Shown: in pieces, positions 42,324 to 50,193 of the stretch | Numbering within the stretch: position 1 is the first letter of the stretch | Layout of the letters: every line of letters starts with the position of its first letter | Source of the DNA: an uncultured Verrucomicrobiae bacterium | GTDB lineage: Bacteria; Chlamydiota; Chlamydiia; Chlamydiales; Rhabdochlamydiaceae | Direction: 5' to 3' | Length of the DNA: 64,000 nt | NCBI GenBank assembly: GCA_963806855.1 | Contig: CAWDYW010000003.1 | Coordinates: forward strand, 64,001-128,000 | Translations under genes and position numbers: made by a program | Notes under the pieces: model-generated | Databases searched by the model: none | The model's input: only the letters and a program-made list of their open reading frames with translations | Told to the model about the DNA's origin: nothing

Positions 42324-42708
42324 CAAAAGTTTGTGTTGCGTCGGGACGAGAAGTCGGAGCCGTTGCTGAGCTTGCGAAGCCGGCGGAGACCGGCCCGGAG
42401 GACAGGAGACGAAGTCCCCGCCGGAGGGCGAGCCAGCGGAGAGGAATCCAAAAGTTTGGATTCCGTCGGGACGAGAAGTCGGAGATGTTGCTGAGCGTGC
42501 GAAGCCAGCGGAGACCGGCCCTGAGGACCGGAGACGAAGTCCCAGCCGAAGGGCGAGCCAGCGGAGAGGAATCCAAAAGTTTGGATTCCGTCGGGACGAG
42601 AAGTCGAAGCTGTTGCCGAGCGTGCGAGGCCAGCGGAGACCGGCCCTGAGGACCGGAGACGAAGTCCCAGTCGAAGGGCGAGCCAGCGGTAGAGGAATCC
42701 AAAAGTTT
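42324..42708. repeat. Tandem array of three GC-rich 125/125/126-bp units linked to the tRNA
   Basis: Units start with CAAAAGTTT at 42324, 42449 and 42574; a fourth CAAAAGTTT at 42700; shared GTCGGGACGAGAAGTCG and GGAGACGAAGTCCC blocks. Confidence 0.95.
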
Positions 42709-42887
42709 ATGCTTCCTCGGTTAATCAAAGACTGGTTATATTCTGACCAGTTGCATATTTTGTGGCTCATAAGTAGACTCCGGTTTGTTTAGCGACTATC
42801 CAGCCAACTTATGTGCTCTCTAGAATTCAAAACATTTCTTTACTCTCTAAACCTCTTGCTCTCAGGGGCTAATTTTGCAACAACGCC
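42696..42887 (-). mobile_element. IS5-family (IS903 group) remnant: left end and transposase N-terminus
   Basis: MSHKICNWSEYNQSLINRGSINFWI (ATG 42770) resembles the IS903-group NW.EYN..L..RG...FW motif; terminal GGCGTTGTTGCAAAATT on the minus strand starts at 42887. Confidence 0.85.
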
Positions 42888-43012
42888 CGAGTTGCAATTT
42901 GTATTATCTTAAAATTTGAATATTAATGACTTACATTTGTTTTTTAAAAAATAATTTACTTAAAATATTTATTGTATTTAAAATCAATGAACAATTTGCT
43001 ATAATGTTAGCT

Positions 43013-43801
43013 ATGGCAATAATTCAAAATTCATACAATATCTTAAAACATAGTGCAATTGGCATTGTTGCTGGTCATATAATATTTGAGCTTAATAGTA
43101 ATGTGGTTTCTGTCTGCTATTCTAGTACTAGTGAGTTGGGTAACTATCTTTGCCTAAAGTCTGCTAAATTTTTCGATCCCAGTAATTTAGCTTTAATTTT
43201 TAATCCCATTCATAATTTGTATAGATCAATTTCTATAGCTACAAACTTTTTTCCAGATTTTTTACAATTAAAAGCCTCAAGCTGCTCGTTTTTTTCTTTG
43301 CTGCTTGAGAATTCATATAATTTAAATAATCTAATTAAATCAGAGGAATCCTCACAAATCTATTCGGTAGGGGCACAACGCTATTTAGAAATCTATAATG
43401 AATGTTGTTTGGTAAATAGTTCTGAAAGAATCGCTTTGATATTTGCAGAGGAGTTGATTTTTAGATTAGTCATTCAAAAAATAGTTCTACTTTCTATTGC
43501 AAAACTATTACCAAATCGCATTAAATCAGTTCTTTCACACTCCACTTATAGAATTTTTGTAACATCTTTGATCTTTGCTTTTTGTCACACTCATCGTCAA
43601 ATGGTATTACCTCAATTCCTTGTCGGGTTAATAGATGGGGTTTTATTTGAAAAATATGGACTTCTGACAGCCATAATTGCACACTCCGCGCATAACATTT
43701 GGGCATATCAATACAATAGAAATAGATGCGATAGAGTTATTACTGAAGCTTTCGAGCGACAAAATAATGCCGTAGATCAATTTTTGAAAACTTCTCTCTA
43801 A
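43013..43801 (+). CDS. CPBP/Abi (CAAX-like) intramembrane metalloprotease
   Basis: EELIFR, FAFCH, HSAHN motifs; visibly AT-rich; start uncertain (42926-43013). Confidence 0.8.
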   Translation: MAIIQNSYNILKHSAIGIVAGHIIFELNSNVVSVCYSSTSELGNYLCLKSAKFFDPSNLALIFNPIHNLYRSISIATNFFPDFLQLKASSCSFFSLLLENSYNLNNLIKSEESSQIYSVGAQRYLEIYNECCLVNSSERIALIFAEELIFRLVIQKIVLLSIAKLLPNRIKSVLSHSTYRIFVTSLIFAFCHTHRQMVLPQFLVGLIDGVLFEKYGLLTAIIAHSAHNIWAYQYNRNRCDRVITEAFERQNNAVDQFLKTSL

Positions 43802-44062
43802 TATCAGTTCATAATTTTGAGCGGCTTCAAGCATTTCTAAAAAATAACAGAGATTCTGTTGTCAAGTGCAAGATTTAAAGCAGTTTGAAATGGGAAACCT
43901 TGAGCAAGCCTAGATAGCTCGCAGGTTACGCAATTTTTACGCACTAGACTGCAAAAAAAGAGGTGTAAACCAAATGAGCCCAGTGAAAATGCAAGCTACT
44001 CAACATGCTGATTTCTTTATGCTTATGTATTGCAGTTTATTCCAGCTGGCTGATGGGATAGC

Positions 44063-44077
44063 GACTTAAAATCTCTT
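44063..44077 (+). mobile_element. Putative attR core: 15-bp direct repeat of the tRNA-Leu anticodon arm
   Basis: GACTTAAAATCTCTT is identical to 42206-42220. Confidence 0.6.
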
Positions 44078-44160
44078 ATTTCGTCTGCTTATGCTCTTCA
44101 CAAGCATGGACAGCTTCCAGTAGCACCAAAAACCGTTGAAAACTAAAATAATAACCTCAA

Positions 44161-44182
44161 CCGACCGCAGCAATGCGGTCGG
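44161..44182. repeat. GC-rich hairpin with GCAA loop (REP-like or terminator-like)
   Basis: CCGACCGCA-gcaa-TGCGGTCGG just upstream of ATG 44195. Confidence 0.6.
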
Positions 44183-44194
44183 GGGTTTTCCCCA

Positions 44195-44881
44195 ATGCGC
44201 AAATTAATATTCTTACTCACATTTTTACCCATTTTTCTTTCTGCAGCTGAATCGGTCTACTGCTTGCATGGCTTTATGCGCAGGCCCTCTTCTATGCAAC
44301 CCATGGCATATGCATTCCAAAGAGAGGGCTATGAGGCGCATTCATGGGGCTACCCTAGTCGTGATAAGACGATACAAGAGCATGCTGGGTCTTTAGTACA
44401 AGAGCTTCAAGTTACGGCTGAACGCAATCCCAATGAGCCTATCCATTTTGTCACGCATAGCCTGGGCGGGATTATTGTCCGAGCAGCACTCAATCACCCC
44501 GACTGTCCAAAAGAGGCAAAAATAGGAAGAGCCGTTCTCCTTGGCCCACCAAATCAGGGAAGCCGTTTTGGAGGCACTATGAACAATTTCAAGCCAGTCC
44601 AAAAACTCTTTGGTAAGAAAGCAGGCAGAGAACTTCTTCAAGGAGAAACTTTTGACTACATTGGGCAGTTCCCAAATAGCATGGAAGTTTTGGTCATCGC
44701 CGGTACATTCGGTTGGAATCCATTTGTAGGAGAGCTAAATGATGGATTGGTAGGAGTCAAGGAATCGAGATTAAAAACTCCTCACCAACAGATGATCGTT
44801 TTTTCTGGCCATGCGTGGATCATGTATTCTGATACGATTATCAATTATGCTGTAAAGTTTATTTCAAGTTCGACTGGTTGA
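44195..44881 (+). CDS. Secreted alpha/beta hydrolase (lipase/esterase-like)
   Basis: Signal peptide, LHG, THSLGG nucleophile elbow, PPNQGS, NDGLV, distal H. Confidence 0.88.
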   Translation: MRKLIFLLTFLPIFLSAAESVYCLHGFMRRPSSMQPMAYAFQREGYEAHSWGYPSRDKTIQEHAGSLVQELQVTAERNPNEPIHFVTHSLGGIIVRAALNHPDCPKEAKIGRAVLLGPPNQGSRFGGTMNNFKPVQKLFGKKAGRELLQGETFDYIGQFPNSMEVLVIAGTFGWNPFVGELNDGLVGVKESRLKTPHQQMIVFSGHAWIMYSDTIINYAVKFISSSTG

Positions 44882-44929
44882 TTTATTGGCTGATTTTCGG
44901 TATATTTTGCTTCTTTTTGGGAGGTTAGT

Positions 44930-45388
44930 ATGAAAAAAGTATTATTTTTTTTATTAATAAGTTCATTCACAACGCTTGCCTATTCGGAGGAAAACTCTCG
45001 GTTTGTCTATGGTGAGATTCAAACAATTGGAGGATTGCCGTTAACTGGAGTCGGCTGGAGAATGAAAAAAGAGCATCACGGCGTAGATTTTTCCACCTCT
45101 TTTTTACCACTAAATGCATTTCATCCTTTCGTATTCCATGCAAAAACCCAATACCTCTTTTATCCCAAAACGACAAATGGCCTATATGGTGGTATTGGGC
45201 TTGGCCTTTTTAATGAACCCGAGTCCATTAAAGGTATCTCAGGTTCGTTTGAGCCGAGTATTGGTTACCAGTGGTATCCGGCTGAAAAAGTTCACCTGTT
45301 TATAGAGGCGACCGGCATTGTTCCCTTCAAAAAACCGGAAGGAGCTGCAAGGGTGTGGCCAGGGATTTCTTTCGGAATTGGATATTAG
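44930..45388 (+). CDS. Small outer-membrane beta-barrel-like hypothetical protein
   Basis: Signal peptide, amphipathic strands, terminal ISFGIGY. Confidence 0.65.
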   Translation: MKKVLFFLLISSFTTLAYSEENSRFVYGEIQTIGGLPLTGVGWRMKKEHHGVDFSTSFLPLNAFHPFVFHAKTQYLFYPKTTNGLYGGIGLGLFNEPESIKGISGSFEPSIGYQWYPAEKVHLFIEATGIVPFKKPEGAARVWPGISFGIGY

Positions 45389-45548
45389 TTTTCTAAAATC
45401 CCTTATTGAAAAAAATATGTTGAGGCATTTAAAAAAGGAATGCTCGGGTTTGCACTTTTTGCAACTACCTCTAAAGGTATAAATTTTCTTGTTGAAAATC
45501 CTCGCGCTGATCAAAATTACTGCCAAAAACTAAATTTTAGGTTAGCTT

Positions 45549-45860
45549 ATGGACAATCTCAGAAAGCTCATTGTTTTCAATGGGAAAAACATCAGACGAG
45601 TCTTGCATGAAAATGAATGGTGGTTTGTTGTTAAAGATATCATCGAGGCTTTAGTAGACACCTCAAACTCAACTGATTATATAAAAAAAATGAGGTCGCG
45701 CGACCCATTCCTTTCCAAAGGATGGGGACAAATTGTCACCCCCCTTTCTATCGATACATCAGGCGGCAAGCAAAATTTGAATTGCGCAAATACCGAAGGA
45801 ATCTTCCGCATTATTCAATCAATTCCATCGCCTAAAGCGGACATTTCTGATCTCCGCTAA
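45549..45860 (+). pseudogene. Bro-N domain protein, apparently C-terminally truncated
   Basis: IRRV...WWFVVKDIIEAL...TSGGKQ...ANTEGIFRIIQSIPSPKA, ending before the usual EPFKxWLA continuation. Confidence 0.75.
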
Positions 45861-45972
45861 CACGATTAAAAAACGTTTTATAGGAAAATTTTCAAAGAAA
45901 GCCCGGGATTTTTAAGATGATTTCAGCTATAATTTTTTATAAAATATTGCTTAAATAAGAGGAATAATAACG

Positions 45973-47379
45973 ATGATGTCAGTAACCCCAACTTCTGCAT
46001 TCAACACTGGTGCAGGACCAATCCAAACGATGAGGTCAACACTTCCTCATGAGATTAGAAATCATGAGCTCTCTGAAAGATTAAATGTTGCATTGCAAAT
46101 CGGACGACAAGCTGGGCAAGCCATTCTAGCTGTTAAAGAATCGAGAAATTTACAAACTCAAATAAAAGCAGATAACACCCCCGTTACAGAGGCCGACCAA
46201 GCCTCCAATCATGTTATTTGCCAGACAATCAACCAGCATTATCCAACAGATGGGATTCTTTCTGAAGAAACTATTACTGGAAAGAAAATCCTAAATGACG
46301 CCATCGAAAAAGGGGTTAATGCTAAATATACCTGGGTGATTGATCCTTTGGATGGCACAAAAGCTTTTATTAAGGGTGTAGATCCCAAGGCTTTAAATCT
46401 TGATCCACGATATCAAGGCAAACATTATGGTGTGCATATTGGTTTATTAAGAGAAGGAACCCCGATTTTAGGCGTCAATTATTATCCTGAAATCGATACT
46501 CTTTATTTTGCTTTAGATGGTTTTGCTTATAAACAAATCGGAGATGCCCCCGCAAAGCGGATTAGCAATCAACCTGTCTCTGGTGTTAAGCCTGTTCTTA
46601 ATCCTACCGAAGCGGAACGGGCTATGATTGGCAAGATCTATCAAAAACTGTTAGGAGAAGCAGAAATGCTAAAATTTAATGAGCAGGGCCTTTTCCTCGA
46701 CAGCTTTGGATATAAGATGATCTCTATTGCGGAAGGTAATGAGTGCAATCTGTTTATTGCCCCGGCAAAGGGACCAGGATTTTGGGATGTGTGCTCAATG
46801 GTTCCATTTGTTAAGGCAGCTGGAGGTCAGGTGACAGACTGGGAAGGAAATCCCATCAACTTTCAAGATATGAGCCAAAAAGGTCTTTTACCTAAAGGAG
46901 TCATCATCTCCATGGATCCTGTCCTGCATAAAAAGATTATTGGCATTATTGCTGGAGCTGCCGATTATCCCGGGATTCGAGGGGATTTTGTCCTTACACA
47001 AGATAGTTGGAAGAATCCAATTGGAACTGGTACGCGGACTATCGCCTTAAAAAGTACTACTAAGGATTCGCTTGTTGAAGAAGTTTGCCTTTATGGTCAC
47101 TCCGATGGAAAATTGTCTATTGGGGTTCAGTTCAATCAAGTTAATCATGCGCTTATAAACTATTTACAAGCACAGGGCCTAGAAGTAAAATTGTCTAATT
47201 TTACTAATAACAGGTCTTTTTTTGTTAATGACCTTCAAGCTAATAAGATAGTTCTTGATGTTTTCGAATCTAATAATCAAATCCAAGCTGAGCCCTTTGC
47301 TCGAATTCGGGAGATTGTGGAGAAAGGAAGTTGTGAGCCCTTTACAACAGGGCTAGACTTTATGGAAGAGTGGTATTAA
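45973..47379 (+). CDS. CysQ/inositol monophosphatase-family phosphatase with a C-terminal extension
   Basis: KADNTPVTEAD, ILSEE, WVIDPLDGTKAF, WD...AGGQVTD. Confidence 0.88.
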   Translation: MMSVTPTSAFNTGAGPIQTMRSTLPHEIRNHELSERLNVALQIGRQAGQAILAVKESRNLQTQIKADNTPVTEADQASNHVICQTINQHYPTDGILSEETITGKKILNDAIEKGVNAKYTWVIDPLDGTKAFIKGVDPKALNLDPRYQGKHYGVHIGLLREGTPILGVNYYPEIDTLYFALDGFAYKQIGDAPAKRISNQPVSGVKPVLNPTEAERAMIGKIYQKLLGEAEMLKFNEQGLFLDSFGYKMISIAEGNECNLFIAPAKGPGFWDVCSMVPFVKAAGGQVTDWEGNPINFQDMSQKGLLPKGVIISMDPVLHKKIIGIIAGAADYPGIRGDFVLTQDSWKNPIGTGTRTIALKSTTKDSLVEEVCLYGHSDGKLSIGVQFNQVNHALINYLQAQGLEVKLSNFTNNRSFFVNDLQANKIVLDVFESNNQIQAEPFARIREIVEKGSCEPFTTGLDFMEEWY

Positions 47380-47402
47380 GCACTAAGTTTTCTTAGTGCT
47401 TA
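47377..47402. terminator. 11-bp hairpin after the CysQ-like gene
   Basis: TAAGCACTAAG-tttt-CTTAGTGCTTA. Confidence 0.55.
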
Positions 47403-47460
47403 TATGCCCGTTCGTTTCAAAGGCACCTAATAGGACTGAATTGAAAGCTCACGCGATTAA

Positions 47461-47615
47461 GAAACCGAAATAACCTGAAGAATCGGAATTTTGCAAGGAA
47501 GCGGCACAAATTTTCATTTTCTGGAGCTGGAACCTCAAACGCCTCTGAATTAAAGGCTCCCTTTGCTGCTGAATATGTTATCGCGCTCTTCAAAGTCAAT
47601 AAACTCAAACCGAAT
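47461..47615. mobile_element. Degenerate copy of the 48642-48749 MITE-like element
   Basis: ACCGAAATAACCTGAAGAATCGG...AAGGAAGCGGCACAAATTTT matches the minus strand of the 48.7-kb element. Confidence 0.65.
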
Positions 47616-47676
47616 TTTCTCATATGCCCATCTTTTGACAGGGCGAGACCATCGGGCGTTGCTAAAACTGAATTTT

Positions 47677-48375
47677 GAATCACCTAGTTGGCCTTATGGA
47701 ATTTCACCCGAGAACATACTTTGGAAACAACACCCAAGAAATCGACGCATTGCAGAAGTATTTTTGAAATGTGGCCTTGTTGATCGCTCCGGCCAGGGTG
47801 CAAATCTCATGTTTAAAGAAACCATCTGTCAAGGCAAGCCTCTTCCCAATTTTGATCATACTAATGAAACTCAAGTCTTTCTAACACTGCCTGGCCAAAT
47901 TCAAGACCTGCCTTTTCTACGCTTTTTAGAAAAAGTGGGGCAGGAACGACTGAAGAGTTTTGCAATAGAAGATTTTCTTATTTTGGATTTGGTGCATAGA
48001 GAAGAGCCTATACCTCAAAAGTGGTTGTCGAATGTCAAAAATTTGGTCGAGATGGGCGTTTTAGAAAAATTTAGCCGAGGCAGGGGAGTTCGATATTTAT
48101 TCTCTCGTCGTTACTATAGCTTTATTGGAAAAAGGGGGACATATACTCGTAAACGAGGACTGGACCGAGAGACCAATAAAAAGCTGCTATTAAAGCATAT
48201 TAGTGAACAAACTCTTACAGGAAGTCGCCTTCAAGAATTAATGCAAGTACTGCCGATGCTCAGTAATAATCAAGTTCAATCATTGTTGAGAGAGCTCAAG
48301 GAGGCTGATCTCGTTTATAAACAAGGGACTACTCGAGGTGCTCTCTGGTTCCGAACTTCAATTGCGTTTGAATAA
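47677..48375 (+). pseudogene. 5'-truncated RecG-C/HATPase-like plus HTH regulator (AlbA/Schlafen-associated type)
   Basis: SP...GISPENIL...PRNRRIAEVF..CGLVDRSGQG and a C-terminal winged helix; the N-terminal half is replaced by a repeat element. Confidence 0.75.
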
Positions 48376-48457
48376 GCAAAAAAACGCAATCATAACGCAA
48401 TTCAATCGACTTAACATTCACAAAATAAGGCCGTTGTGATTTTAGTAAAGATGCGGT

Positions 48458-48632
48458 TCAGTGCAATCCAATGCCAAACTTGATCTGCTTACCGGCGCGG
48501 GTAAAGTGATGCTCCGGGTTATTGCCAGATCGTTTGCATGACTCCATGGCTTTTTCGATGGCATTTTTAAATCTATCATTTGGAATACCCCAAACACGGT
48601 TGAAGGTTGCCTGCGCTCCAATGTTCTATTCC
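48458..48632 (-). pseudogene. DinD-like N-terminal fragment, frameshifted; absent from the ORF track
   Basis: Manual translation GIEHWSAGNLQPCLGYSK / DRFKNAIEKAMESCKRSGNNPEHHFTRAGKQI. Confidence 0.75.
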
Positions 48633-48641
48633 GCATGAAGT

Positions 48642-48749
48642 TATACCGAAACAACCTGAAGAATCGGTTTTCGATGTCGCTCGCTCCAGACTCCAAAATT
48701 TGTGCCGCCTCCTTATCTAATTCCCGATTCTTCAGGTTGTTTCGGTATA
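48642..48749. mobile_element. MITE-like element with perfect 26-bp terminal inverted repeats
   Basis: TATACCGAAACAACCTGAAGAATCGG (48642-48667) and CCGATTCTTCAGGTTGTTTCGGTATA (48724-48749). Confidence 0.8.
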
Positions 48750-48789
48750 GATTATTTTAAAATAGTCTTTTTATAATTAAGAATTCCAG

Positions 48790-48818
48790 TTGATCGAAAA
48801 AAGGTTTTTTTGTAAAAT
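48790..48818 (+). promoter_or_regulatory. Putative sigma66 promoter of the brnQ leader
   Basis: TTGATC-N17-TAAAAT. Confidence 0.55.
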
Positions 48819-48854
48819 GGTAAATATATTCCAGCCATGGGGCGGAGTGCAATA

Positions 48855-48947
48855 ATGAACCACTATGAATCTACATCTTTCGGCTTAGATTCTACACTTG
48901 TCAGTTATCGACAAGTGCTGGTGGTGTGCGCGTGCGCGCTTAAATAA
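48855..48947 (+). CDS. Putative leader peptide of brnQ (30 aa)
   Basis: GGAG SD; MNHYESTSFGLDSTLVSYRQVLVVCACALK* with a GTG CTG GTG GTG cluster. Confidence 0.5.
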   Translation: MNHYESTSFGLDSTLVSYRQVLVVCACALK

Positions 48948-49044
48948 ATTGCATTTCTTACCCATCAATATCTTTTTTCTCCCACAGACTCTTAGAGATC
49001 AAAGCCTTTAATGGGCAAGAAGTGCCAACCATTATAGGATAGTT

Positions 49045-50193
49045 ATGTCAATACAAGAAAAGTCATTTCCGATACCAAAAAAGAAATCGAGCTTATTCAC
49101 GACGGGCTTGGCTCTTTTTTCTATGTTTTTCGGAGCGGGGAATTTAATTTTTCCTCTTTTAATTGGAAAATCGGTCGGTCAAAATGTCTGGTTTGCCATT
49201 TCAGGCCTTGGGCTAACCGCAGTTGTGATACCCTTCTTGGGACTTGCAGCCATGGTTTTGTTTCAGGCTGACTACAATCGCTTTTTTGGCCGATTTGGAA
49301 AAATCCCAGGCATGTTGCTGCTGTTGCTTTTACAACTCATACTCGGTCCATTTGGGGTCATTCCTCGGCTGGTAGCTCTTATGCATGCCACAGTGGAGCC
49401 CTATTTGTTTGGCATGCCATTGATGATGTTTAGTATTCTTATAGCGGTTGTCATTTTTGGATGTAGCTTTAAACGACAAAAGTTAATCGGCTTTTTAGGG
49501 GCCTATTTAACACCCATTCTATTGCTCTCTTTGGCGGCTTTGGTATTTTTTGGCCTTAGCGATGGGGCTTCGTTGAATCCTGTATCTCCTCCGGCGAGGG
49601 ATAGTTTTATGCAGGGATTATTGGGTGGATATAACACCATGGATCTCATCGCGGCATTTCTTTTTGCCACTGTTATTCTGCCTCACTTTCAACAAGAGTC
49701 AGAACTGGAACATCCAATGCAAAGACGACGGTCGCTCTTGAAAAAGATGTTATTTTCTAGCCTCATTGCTGCCTCCTTATTATTTTTGACCTATATTGGC
49801 CTTTGTTTGATTTCTGCCCATCATGGATGGAGGTTAGATCCCTCTTATCCCCCAGAACAGATGCTTGGAGCCATCGCGATCAAACTACTAGGCCCAGTTG
49901 GAGGGTGCATTGCTGCAGTAGCCGTTTTTACAGCCTGTTTGACAACAGCGATAACCTTGTCTTCGATTTTTGCAGATTACTTGAGAAAGGATCTTTGTAA
50001 GGAGAAAATCAGTCCTACTTTAGCGCTAATTCTAACCCTGGTTATAGTGACTCTTTTTGCGAGTTTGGGATTTGGAGGCATTTCTGCATTCTTGAACCCA
50101 ATTGTGCAGATCGTTTATCCCGGTTTGATTCTACTTACTTTTCTGAATCTGCTGCATTATCTATATCTGCATCGCGCAGTGAAGAAGCTTTAA
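49045..50193 (+). CDS. brnQ: Branched-chain amino acid transport carrier (LIVCS family)
   Basis: GLALFSMFFGAGNLIFP, IPR, GYNTMD, ACLTTA, YP. Confidence 0.93.
   Translation: MSIQEKSFPIPKKKSSLFTTGLALFSMFFGAGNLIFPLLIGKSVGQNVWFAISGLGLTAVVIPFLGLAAMVLFQADYNRFFGRFGKIPGMLLLLLLQLILGPFGVIPRLVALMHATVEPYLFGMPLMMFSILIAVVIFGCSFKRQKLIGFLGAYLTPILLLSLAALVFFGLSDGASLNPVSPPARDSFMQGLLGGYNTMDLIAAFLFATVILPHFQQESELEHPMQRRRSLLKKMLFSSLIAASLLFLTYIGLCLISAHHGWRLDPSYPPEQMLGAIAIKLLGPVGGCIAAVAVFTACLTTAITLSSIFADYLRKDLCKEKISPTLALILTLVIVTLFASLGFGGISAFLNPIVQIVYPGLILLTFLNLLHYLYLHRAVKKL

Noticed and set aside
42324..42708. CRISPR array interpretation of the tandem repeats
   Set aside because: Units are similar along their whole 125 bp, with no unique spacers and no cas genes in the window.
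42150..42770. 206-aa and 134-aa minus-strand ORFs
   Set aside because: Chimeric read-through of an IS fragment, the repeats and antisense tRNA; only the first ~25 aa are transposase-like.
48442..48696. 84-aa ORF in the track
   Set aside because: Starts inside the MITE and reads the DinD remnant in the wrong frame.
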